DNA from: Tricharina praecox
Taxonomy: Eukaryota
Length of the DNA stretch: 59,505 bases
Direction: 5' to 3'
Assembly (NCBI RefSeq): GCF_024521635.1
Contig: NW_026250449.1
Location: forward strand, 62,001-121,505
The translations under genes and the position numbers were made by a program. Positions 23,672-34,906 of this stretch are shown piece by piece. The notes under the pieces are model-generated. The model saw only the letters and a list, made by a program, of their open reading frames with translations. It was not told the origin of the DNA and did not search any database. Each line of letters begins with the position of its first letter. Within the stretch, counting starts at the first letter, position 1.

Positions 23672-26600
23672 ATGAATACCGACGCGCACCGAGTCTACCA
23701 CGACACGACCCATTTCGAGTTTGCGGGAGGCGAGTTCCACGGCGGACAGACGTTTATCTCTGGCTCGCAAGTCTCCCTCGTCGCGGCGATCTTTCAGTCG
23801 CATATCTAGTGTGGCTAACCGGAAATCTCGGCAGGTCCAAAAGTGAGTCTCGACTCACCGTGTTTGTTCAAACTCCCACTCAATGTATTATGTAACCAGG
23901 AGCCAGGTCGTCCGAGATCTTGGAATGGATATCTACGATCCCCTACACGAGCCACCACAGGCGGATCAGTGAGCGGCGGCTGCAAGGAACAGGCGACTGG
24001 ATCTTTCGGAAGGCGGAGTACTGCACGTGGAAGTCTTCGGGCGTTTCCATGTTGTTGCTGTTGCGAGGGATCCGTATGTCGCACACTGCATGCATAGCTC
24101 CGAGTCTGACCGGTTCGACCAGCGGGCGCCGGCAAAACGTTTCTTGCGTCACGGGTCATCGACTCTTTCCTTGCGAATCCGATTCCCAACTCGAAATTGG
24201 CGTTCTTTTATTGCGACCAAGGAGAAGATAATCGACGCGATCCCGAGATGATCATGCGCACACTGGTTCAGCAGCTCGCCTTGGCTCGGTCGGAGAATAT
24301 CGAGCTCTTAAAGCCGGCTATCGCCATCTACGAAGACCGAGAAAAGAAAGGGCAGAGATCCTCACAGCTGAGTCTAACCGAGAGCCAGCAGCTGCTTATC
24401 GACCTCATCAACATGTACTCGCAGCAAACGATAATCATTTGCATCGATGCGTTGGATGAAGTCGATAGTGCGATACGGATACAACTTCTGAGCTCACTGA
24501 AGCATGTGATGGAAGGATCGAAGAATCCCGTCAAAATCTTTGCCACAACTCGAATGGACTTCGACATTCTGCGGCAGTTTGAGATGTTTCCCCGGATCGA
24601 GTTGCACCCTGACGACAATATCGACGACATCAGCCGATTCGTCAAAACGGAGGTTCGGAACAATATCGGTAAGAGACTGCTGCTCGATGGCGTTGTCGAC
24701 GGCGGGCTCAAAGACGATATTTGCAACGTCCTCTGCCACCGATCCAAGGGAATGTAAGTATATTCGATCTCCCGAAACGCGTGTCTGACAGTTCGATAAA
24801 GGTTCCAACTCGCGGCGCTGCAAATCGATTTCCTTAGCGAGATGACCACCCAGGATGACGTGAGACGCGGTCTAAGGGCGCTACCAGACACACTAGCCCA
24901 GGCCTACGACGCGATCTACAAGCGAATTCTCCGGCAGAAAGGAAACGCGCCGCAACTAGCACTCAACGCCTTCCGGTGGATCCAATGTTCCAACGAGCCG
25001 CTGCGATCGGAAACGTTGCTAGACGCGATCGCGATCCAGATCGGTGGTCCGGAAGAACCGTTTCACAAGGACACGCCGATGAAGGCGAACGAACTGCTCA
25101 AGGCGTGCCAGAACCTCCTCATTCTGGACGAGCGTCTGAACGTGTTTCGCTTCGCACACCTCTCCGTCGACGAGTACCTGGAGACAAAACTGTGCAGGGG
25201 CGAGTGCCACACCGAGATCGCGAAGGTCTGCCTTTCGCTGCTGTGCACCTCGTGGGACGACTACGACACGGCGCTTCAAACGCAGGAAGGGGATTACAGC
25301 GATCGCCACCTCCTGCTGTACGCGGCGGTATTCTGGCCGTGGCACCTCTCCCGTGCGGATGACCGCTGCGACATTCTGCATGCCTCCTGGGCAAACTTCG
25401 TTTCCGACGGCAATCACGAGCGATGGTTCTTTTACCACTACCGGTACGTGCGAACGCGGTTCCCGAAAGACATGTATTGGCGAAGATCCGAGGCGCTGCA
25501 GGACGACCGAAACATTCTATGTACAGTCTGCATTTTTGACCTGGGGCGGTATTTTAGAGTCACCCCCGAGTTCCGAAAGAAGGCACGCATAGGCCGGCTA
25601 CGAGCCAGGTTCGGTTCGCGACAGACGTTCACCGCGGTTTTCGGGTCCAGGTCGGCGGAGGGCGCCCGTGTGGACAGGCTGCTTCTGTGCGCGGCTCGGT
25701 TCGGAGATCCCGATATCGCCGGTAAACTCCTCGACGTTGGTGCGAATATTGCGGCCGTCGATAAAGGCAACTGGACATCGCTACATCTGGCATTCAAGGA
25801 AGGGCATGAGGCCGTTGCGCGACTATTGATTGACCGCGGGGCCGACATATCGACTGTCGGTGGTTACTCCGGGCGGACGCCGCTGCAGCTGGCGGCGCTA
25901 GGCGGGTACGAGGCTGTCGCACGAGTGCTGCTCGACCGTGGAGCCGACGTCTCGCTCGCCGACAGTGCTGGGAATACACCGCTGCACATCGCGTTGGAGA
26001 CCGGACATGACGCAGTGGCCGTACTGCTCCTCGGGCGGGGGGCTGATGTCTCAACCGTGGGCGGTCATTCCGGGAAGACGCCGCTGCAGCTGGCCGCGAA
26101 AGGAGGCTATTTCACGGTCGTCCGGCTGCTCGTCGAGCGGGGCGCAGACGTCTCGGTTGCGGACGCTGATGGGAGTACGCCGCTGCACATCGCCTTGCTG
26201 AGAAGACACGAAACGGTTGCCCTACTGCTCATCGATCGGGGAGCCAATATCACAACCGCGGGCGGCTACTGCGGGCGGACGCCGCTGCAGCTGGCCTCAC
26301 AGGGTGGATTCGAAAGAGTAGTGCAGCTGCTCAACGATCGGGGCGCCGATGTCTCGACCACCGCTGGTTATTCTGAACGCACGCCTCTGCAGCTGGCCAC
26401 ACAGGGAGGGTATGCGACAGTGGCACGGCTGCTCATCGATCGTGGAGCAAACGTATCGGCTGCCGACGGTGATGGAAACACCCCGCTACACATCGCCTTG
26501 CAGGGGGGCCATGATGGTTTGGCCCTACTACTCCTCGATCATGGCGCTGACATCTCGGCCATCGGCGGCTATTCCAGGCGAACGCCGCTACAGCTTGCCT

Positions 26601-28363
26601 CTCAGGGGGGTTACATGACGGTCGTCCAGCTACTCGTTGAACGGGGAGCCGATGTTTCAACCGGCGGGGGTTATTGCGGACAGACGCCGCTGCAGCTAGC
26701 CGCGCAAGGAGGGCACGAGGTGGTTGCGTGGCTGCTCATCAATGAAGGGGCCGATGTCTCAGCTGCCGACCGCTATGGATGGACGGCGCTGCACCAGGCA
26801 TCGCAGGGAGGATATGAGGCCGTAGCGCATTTGCTCATCGACTGCGGAGCCGATGTCTCACCTCTCAATGGTGACGGGAACACACCACTGCACATCGTGC
26901 TGCAAAGAGAACACGAGATGGTAGACCTGCCACTAGCCATCGACCAGCAAGCTGATAGGTCGACCGCGGGCGGTTATTCCAGGCAGACGCCGGTGCGGCC
27001 GCCCTCACACGCAGGATACGAGGTGGTAGCACGGCTACTCGTCGACCGGGGATCCGACGTCTTGGCTGCCGACAGTTACGGTAAGACGCCTCTGCAACAA
27101 GCATCATGGAGAGGGTACGAGGCGGTGGTGCAGATGGTCGTCGATCGAGGAGCGGACGTCTCGGCTGCCGACAGTGACGGGAATACGCCACTCCACCTTG
27201 CCTTCCAGGGGGGGCACGAGTCGGTGGCGTTGCTGCTCATCGAACGGGGAGCTGATGTCTCGATCGCCTGCGGTTCTTCCAGGAAGACGCCGCTGCAGCT
27301 AGCCTCGCAGCGGGGGCACGATGTGGCGGCTCAGATGCTCATCGACCGGGGAGCGGACATCATGACGGCACAGGGCTATTCCGGGCTGACGCCACTGCAG
27401 CTAGCGGCAAGGGGAGGACACGTGTCGGTCGCCCGGCTGCTCATCGATCACGGAGCGGACGTCTTGGCTACAGACGCCGGTGGGAAAACGCCGCTGCACA
27501 TCGCATTACAGGGAGGGCACGAAGCGGTAGCCCGGCTACTCGTTGATTGGGGTGCTGATGTCGCGATCGCCGACAGTCATGGGAATACCCCGCTCCACAT
27601 GGCTTTGCAGGAAAGGCAGTGCGGGGTGGCCGTGTTGCTGATCGAGCGGGGAGCTGACGTATCGATTGCCGGCGGCGATTCAGGGCTCACGCCGCTGCAG
27701 CTCGCCTCGACGCGAGGCTACGAGGCGCTGGTCGGGCTACTCATGGACCGGGGAGCTGATGTCTTGGTTGCCGACAGCGAAGGGAAAACGCCGCTCCACA
27801 TGGCCTTGGACGGCGGGTACAAGGCGGTCGCCTGGCTGCTGATCCATCGGGGAGCCGCCGTCTCGGCCGCCGACGGGACTGGGACCACACCGCTGCACTT
27901 GGCTCTGCATGGAGGACACAAGGCGGTGGCTAGGTTGCTGATCGATCGGGGAGCCGCTGTGTCGGCCGCAGACTGCAACGGAACGACGCCGCTGCACGTC
28001 GCCTCGCTCAGAGGACATGAGGTAGTGGCAGGACTCCTCCTCGACCGTGGAGCCGCCGCCTCGGCCGTCGACCATGTAGGCGGAACTGCTCTCCATCTGG
28101 CCTCGGGGGCAGGCTACGAATCGGTTGCACGGCTACTGATCGACCGTGGTGCCGATATCTCGGCTGCAAACAGATATGGGAAGACACCTCTCCACCTCGC
28201 CGTAGAGGGCGCGCACACTGGTACTATCATGCTACTACTCGAGCGGGGAGCCAACCCTTCCGCCGGCGACCGCGAGGGGAAAACGCCGCTAGATTCTATT
28301 GTGCCAAGACGGTACAAGTTGATCGCCCGCCTGCTGTTCCATCTAAACGGCTCGGTGATTTAG
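23672..28363 (+). CDS. NLR-3: N-terminal amyloid-like motif, NACHT, winged helix, about 26 ankyrin repeats (about 1489 aa); exons 23672-23766, 23835-23842, 23900-24073, 24123-24753, 24802-28363
   Basis: Exons sum to 4470 nt and read open: MNTDAHRVYHDTTHFEFAGGEFHGGQTFISGSSKRARSSEILEWISTIPY..LLLRGIPGAGKT..ICIDALDE..LALNAFRWI..ankyrins. Intron 1 GCAAGT..GCTAAC..CAG; intron 2 GTGAGT..CAG; intron 3 GTATGT..CTGAC..CAG; intron 4 GTAAGT..CTGAC..AAG. The 174-nt pre-P-loop exon has the same length as in NLR-2. Confidence 0.88.
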
Positions 28364-29154
28364 AATGCCACCTCATTTTCTCCCTCTCTTTTTTCCATCA
28401 CCTTTCGGTTAACATCTATGCGCGTTCGCGCCTCTAATCGTGAACATGTGGAGAATCACTAGACATACCATGGGCTGACACGTTTTGCATGCGGTTCGGA
28501 TATTCTGGGTTTTCATTTCATCCCTCTTCTGCTATTGCCACCAACTCTTTCATTGTTCACTACCGGCCCCCGTGCAAGTACTTGCCATCCGGGCCGCCCA
28601 TACTCCAGTGCCAGATATTTCCGATGAGCGCATGCCGTGCCATCTCGAGCCCACCACAGCTTATAGGTTGTAGTGTACAGCACGCTGCACAATAGCGTGT
28701 CTCACTAAATCCCTCAACTCTACCGCCAGAGATGTCAGATGCCGCCCTGTGCTTTTGCGGTGAAATCGGTGATAGGGTAGAACTCTGAATACACATACCT
28801 CACGACACCTCACAGCAGTCTAGCCCTGCGTCGCCCATTATTGGCCATTAAAGCGGGGTAGCTTTCGGTAGCAGTATACCCATTGTGGCAATAGTGGGAA
28901 CCACCGCGGCCATCGTAGCGGGGTAGCTCCCATATTACCCCTCATTGCAAACGGTGTGTCGTCCATTGGTTGGCTGCGTTTCAAGATTCAGGCCAGAACG
29001 CGCCCTGCCTAGAAGCACAATGCATGCACGTCCCAGAATACGACCAGCTGGATGCGACTCCGCAACGCAGACCCTCCAAGGCTCGCATATGGTAACATAC
29101 CAACAGGTGTACGCCTGAATCGTCAGGTCCCTCCTCAGCTGCACGGAGAAGCCT

Positions 29155-29338
29155 TATAACCCCAGCACACGTCCCCTCTGCGGACTCCCGCTCGTCACCC
29201 AACTGCACCCGCTTCACTACCAAACCTCACCCGCTCCATCACCACCGCACAGCACCCCAGACCCACAGGTATCCCCCAACCCGCACTCCACACCCAGCCT
29301 CCCACCCTTCGCCACTCCTAACACCACCCAGCTCACAG
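29155..29338 (+). promoter_or_regulatory. TATA box and 5'-UTR intron of the 77-aa microprotein gene
   Basis: TATAA at 29155; ATG-free C-rich leader; donor GTATCC at 29269; branch CTAAC at 29318; acceptor CAG ending at 29331 or 29338. Confidence 0.6.
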
Positions 29339-29342
29339 CACC

Positions 29343-29576
29343 ATGTCCACCGAGCAAGCCACCAACCTCACCACGCAGGAAAGCGTACCTGTCAGCACCC
29401 CTACCGAGGGGAACAAGAACACGATCTCAGTGGGCCGCGACATGACGAACCGCGACTTCGTCACCGGCGCCAAAAACAGCCACAACTCCACGAATAACAG
29501 CCGCACCTACAACGGCGGATCGAAGCATAACGAGTTCAATGGCGGGACTTTCAATGGTGGGCAGAACTGGTCGTGA
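29343..29576 (+). CDS. 77-aa N/G/T-rich microprotein with C-terminal amyloid-signalling-like motif matching the NLR-3 N-terminus
   Basis: Good start context CACCATGT; GC3-biased codons; C-terminus RTYNGGSKHNEFNGGTFNGGQNWS aligns with NLR-3 RVYHDTTHFEFAGGEFHGGQTF. Confidence 0.8.
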   Translation: MSTEQATNLTTQESVPVSTPTEGNKNTISVGRDMTNRDFVTGAKNSHNSTNNSRTYNGGSKHNEFNGGTFNGGQNWS

Positions 29577-30629
29577 TTGTTGGCGTAAGTAGAGTAAACT
29601 CTGTCAGCGCTCGGGAAAGGCGGCGGCTGATTCGGGCGGCACTGCAGGGGGGGGCGTGCGTGTCCGGGGTGGTGAAACGCCAGCCCGAGCTTCACGTGAT
29701 GAAGGCGATCGTGTCGAGTATCGGGATTTTTATGTAGACGATGAATATACTGCTCGTTGACCAGCTACCTTTGTCCGCAGATGACTGTGATAAAGTTGTG
29801 TTATCTGAAGAGTTCGTCGGTGATGATACCGGTACCGTCATACATACAAGCAATAGTCCACCCCCGGTAGTACTATGAAGCACATAGCCCCGGTAGTGTC
29901 ACCTAGACCACAGTGTGTCAGGTCTTCTGTTTGTGTCCGGAAGAGTTGCGCAGTCGCGTGCTCGCTCCACCATAAGTAATAACGGTCTCGGATTCTCTGC
30001 TCCTCGCCAGTGGTTGACCGCACGTGCTCGGAGGCCGCCATGGGTGCCCTGGACTCTTAGCCGAGCTAGCCGCGAACTTGACGGTGGAGGTGGTCGGAGA
30101 CTAGGAGGCGGTATAGCCGCAGCCGTTGCAGGCTCGCTGCTCGCTCCGTACCGCGTCAGTCTACACCTTAACCAGTGCTACCCCCAGTGCGAAACCACAC
30201 CGCCACTCAGGCAGAGAGCGAATACCTGTACTCTACAGACAAACGACGAGAAGTATTTTGTAGATAACTATATCGCTCACCTGTGAGCAAGGCTGCTCTT
30301 TCCCAGCGTGCGCTAAGCGTGTACTGGGCGCAGCACTGCGAGATCCACAAACAGTCACTCGTTCGTCGTGTCGATGCCACAGCTTTTGATGGCGATTAAG
30401 GCGTCATAACCTACTTGGCGGGTAGGCAAATACCTTATAGGTGTCGGAGAGAATCGGTAATGGTCAGGGGTGGTGCGATGAATGGGTGGTGTAGAGTAGA
30501 GTTGGACGGAACTTCCTAGATCTAGGATGGATTGGATGGATTGGATACATACGAGGTTGCTTGAAACCATTTGTTTATGTGTGCAATAGAAATAAAATGC
30601 ACCACCCCCAACCCCCGAGCCCCACACCC

Positions 30630-30935
30630 CTAGTTCACGCTTCCCGTGGCCTCGCCGTCGTCGCTGTTGTGATTCTCCTTACGTTCCTCGACGTCTTTCT
30701 CATCCTCGTCCTCTTCCTCCTCCTTCTCCTCCTCGTTCGTAATTTCGAAATTGTCCACCTGCCCGTGCTCGTCGGCGGCGATGCCGTTGTCGAAGCTGGA
30801 CGTCAACTCAGCGAAGAATGCCAGGATATCGAGTAAGCTGCTCTCGAGGCTGACGTTGTTGCCGGTAGTGGGCGCGGGAGTCGAAGTGATAGTGGTAGTG
30901 GTTGTAGTAGTTGTAGTGGTGGTAGCTGGTGCCAT
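30630..30935 (-). CDS. Small acidic low-complexity protein (101 aa): poly-Thr, one amphipathic helix, Glu/Asp tail
   Basis: ATG-initiated ORF. The poly-Thr run uses mixed codons, so it is not a pure microsatellite. A CT tract lies upstream on the coding strand. Confidence 0.5.
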   Translation of the reverse strand: MAPATTTTTTTTTTTITSTPAPTTGNNVSLESSLLDILAFFAELTSSFDNGIAADEHGQVDNFEITNEEEKEEEEDEDEKDVEERKENHNSDDGEATGSVN

Positions 30936-31024
30936 TATTGATATTTGAGTCGTAGGGGGTGCGTTTTCACCGCTGTTTTCGTTTTTTGCGGAGGGTCATT
31001 GTCCGACTGATGATGTGGCAGAAA

Positions 31025-31027
<3 letters not shown>

Positions 31028-31081
<54 letters not shown>
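31028..31081. repeat. (GA)27 microsatellite
   Basis: Perfect dinucleotide run. Confidence 0.97.
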
Positions 31082-31084
<3 letters not shown>

Positions 31085-32711
31085 CTATGAGGAGACGCTA
31101 CGTGGGTTAAAAAACACAGAACACAATCCGTACTGGAGCTGAATCGCCGTTGAAAGTCGTGATTGAGGCTGGTCGCTGCCGTCGAGGCATATGGTGATGC
31201 TCGCTATCGAGTCATGGCCTGTGAAGCGCCACCCGAGAAGGTGGTGAATCGTCCGTCCGGATGCCATGCCCCTTACCCATGTGCCCATTGATCTCGCAAA
31301 TATAACCCTGCCGGCGGCGTACTGACACCGGCATATAAAAATGCAGATATCATATATGTTGTTGCGTGAATGGCCTCGTAACTGCAGATCGCCCACTGAT
31401 GTGCAGCGGAGGACTCGATACCAGAGGCCGCGAAACCTGTACATAAGCCTCCGGTTCGTGCATGAAACCCATCAACTCATTTTCTAGCGCCGCGCCGCAA
31501 CGATTCGGTACTTGGTATGCCAACTACCTTTACCAAATCAAGATCCCGCGTAGGCGCCAGACAGCTATGTATCATCGAGTGCTAACTAGTATCTAGAACC
31601 AATCGGTGGCACCGATAACCGAACCAACGTTGACTCGCCTCGCTTATCGGGCATGGGTTAGGAGGTACTAGTATGTAGCTGTAGGCGGACTTGAGCAATA
31701 AGCCGTGCAAGTGACTAGCCGGCAGGCAAGCTGGAAAATGAGCTATGAAAACGTCTCCGGGTTCGGTGATACGCAGAGGGACATGCGATGAGCAAAGGTG
31801 TAGAATGCCCGCTGTGGAGCTAACAAAGGTACCCGGTAGTTACCCTCGTACGCGATGCGCTCACCAGCCACAGCAAAGCTACTGACAAAAATCGGTAGTG
31901 CATATTGCGCGTCGACGCAACGGAGACAATGTAACTTGACAGAGAGTGGTGTATAAACGAATGCGCCCCGAAATATTGTAGCATTATCATCGCTCGTCAC
32001 AGAGAACATATTTGCGCCTCATAATTGCGGAATGGTCAATTTGTTTCTAGTTGCACGTGGTGGATAGCGTAGACTAGATGAGTGGAGTTTGCGCTTGAGA
32101 AATAAAAGCTACTGAGTCGCTATGGGCGCACCTAGTGGCTGGTCGTTAAAATGAATTGACTCGTCACTAAAATGGATTGACTCATCATTGAATACCAACC
32201 AAACTTTTGTTCTCAACCGGTGGATCACATAACCCACGGAAAAATCGGTGTAAAAGTTACAAAGCAGTACCTCAGCGAGCTTCGGTGCTTCAATACAATA
32301 GAAAAACATTCTCTTTCTCTGTGTCGAACTCTCGTTGCCCAGTCGACTACATATCTCCAAATAATTTAGTTTTGTACGCAACGTTACTGTGGCGGTGCAG
32401 CGGGCATCGCGTACCTACTACCGACGAGGGTACCGGGTATCTTTTTAGCTCCACAGCGGGCATTCTATATCTTTTCTCGACAAGCGATATAGGTACGCGC
32501 AATGGCGACGTCTAATAAGACAGCGTAAATGATCTAGTGGAACGCGTACGATCCCGAGCGGACATTGATTGCCCGCGAATGGAACCATTTTGGTCTTGGA
32601 ATGGATTGTGTTCGGGTGTTGGGGCCGGTCGATGGTTTCCACAGCGCGACGCCGGGATTCCGCCAATCCTCCTTGGGGGAAGGGAAGGTATCTTGAACCT
32701 TCACACGGCTG

Positions 32712-33090
32712 CAGTGTTCTGCATAGACCAGACCGGTCGGCCGACCGGTCTAAGTGGGTCTGCCAAGACGCCGACCAGACCTTCGATTTTCCAGTCGAGA
32801 TAAAATGAAGCAGACCAGACCGTGGCTTTGGTCGGTCGGGATATCAGTGGACCGACCAGACAGCACTCGGCTAGGTCAGCCTAGGTTGGCCGACATCGGG
32901 TTAACTGTTAACTCTACAATCAGCCGCAAAGTTTCCTTAGTTTCCGGCGGTAGTCAGAGCATTGCCGACGTCAAATGTCGTTTCTTAGCCAGACAGTCTT
33001 CTCCCGAACTATGCGTGATCGGTCGGGATATATCCCGACCCGACCAGACCATACCCAAATTTGGTCGGGACTGGCTTATGTAGAACATTT
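32712..33090. mobile_element. Decayed MITE with hAT-like CAGTGTTCT termini
   Basis: Left end CAGTGTTCTGCATAGACCAG; right end CTGGCTTATGTAGAACATTT is an imperfect inverse. Many internal CCAGACC/CCGACC/GGTCGG motifs. No TSD seen. Confidence 0.6.
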
Positions 33091-34906
33091 AACTAAAAAG
33101 AAGCATACGTCCTTGATGCCAACCATGGTGTTACTATGCACATACTGAGATATCTGCGTGTGCATAGGCCGATATTCACGCGAACGATCGAGATGCGCGC
33201 ATCGCTCGTTGTGAGCCAATACGTGTAGTCGTCATGTATACAAGCAGAACTATTAAAGGCCATAAACTCGGCGACTGGTGCGGTGCGTGGCCGCGAGGGG
33301 AGTGCGGCGCCGAGCTCTTTGCCGAAACACCATGTGGGAGGGGGAAAGGTGGGTAAATTTTCATAATCCAGATGGACTCCCTACGTGCAATACTGAACGA
33401 AAATAAACAAACAAGTACAGTCGGTAAGGTCACGTGTTTCTTGGCTGTGAAAGGTGCTGGCTATATACGTTTTATCAAGATCTCCTTTCAGCCAAAGTAG
33501 CTCACACAAAAACAATTTCGTGGTTGAGAGCCTACACCCTGTCCGGGCAGGTTGCTTGGCTTTTTGCACTCTTCGGCTGAGGTTCGATTTATGGCTGCCG
33601 TTTCTTCTTTTTCGGTTTACTATGTACCCACCCTCACCCTCCGCAAAAACATATCCGCAGCGACCTGTTGGTGCGCTTATTTGCTTAGTGAATTTGTGTC
33701 TCTCTGCTTCTCAAGCTCTTCCTCCGACCCTTCCCATCCGGCCACCTATTCCGCGGCGACCCGCGTTCCAAAACCTCTCTCCGACCGCCTCTACCAGCGG
33801 ATCGTGAGACAGTGACATCCCCGTAGCGGTCTGCGGCGCAGCGATAGGCGTGCTCAGCATGCTCTCGATGGTATTGAGACGCGCCATTGCAAGGGCGCAC
33901 GCATCGTATACCACGTGCCACCCGGTCTTCTCGTCCACACTCTAGCTAGGGTTTTAAGTCGGTGGCGTATAAACTGCTGACGCGCTGTCGTCGGCGGCCG
34001 TGCATTCTTCCCGCCGTATCATTGTGAGTCATCGTTGTTTCAAGTTGTGTTCTGGCGCAACATCCATTTTATCTGTGAGGAGGGCACCCATGTCTGGTAG
34101 TCCCTGTTGCTGTACTTGCAGTGTTAACGAAGGAGATAGGTAGGTAGGGGTCACGCGTTGCCTTAGAATTTCCAATAATTGACACTGGATTCACCATTCA
34201 TCAACTTTTTTATTTTGTCGCGGCCAGCGATTTGTTACCCAGCTGGCAGGATGGTTAGCTTCTCGTAGTAGTTGGGCCGGTAATTGGCGGGGTGGGTGTT
34301 CATGCTCCGGGAAAACATTCCGATTAGCTGGATGATGGCCATACCGAGTGTATCACTCGCCCTAGCACCGTTGACTGTTCATAGAAATTTGATGGATGGA
34401 TTTGCATCGGCCATACCAGCCAGCTATTAGTGGTTGGCCGATTCAATCTGAGCAGCACCTACTAATACCGAACGCGACCGGAATGGCGCCCCTGATACCA
34501 CCAAGCGGGCGATTAACCTAACCTAGTGCCGAGTAGTGTACAGCTGTGCGAGATGCGGCGTACGCCAGGTGATAGGCAGAATGTTCGTGGTCACCTCTAC
34601 CGGTCGAAGCACAAAGCGAGGCCTGCTCTGGATGGAGGATAGGTTGTAATCGATACCAATTTATTCACTCGAAGTCACTCTGCGCAAGTCACGCGGCGCA
34701 AAACGTCTCCTTCACTACTTTTATAACTCCTCATAAATGCAGTCCGTGCGCCTTCCACCCAAAACGCTATGCCTCCACCAGATTCACTCTCAAGATAGGA
34801 AAAAGAAACAAATCAATCAACCAAAACAATCGAATCGACGAGTTCCGCATCCAATCGCCGGAGTCAATAGCAGCGGCGGCTAGCTGATCTCCGAGACCGA
34901 AGACAT

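Noticed and set aside
23572..23895. 107-aa ORF upstream of the NLR-3 NACHT exons
   Set aside because: Non-ATG start, and it runs through two introns in a different frame from the spliced exon 1.
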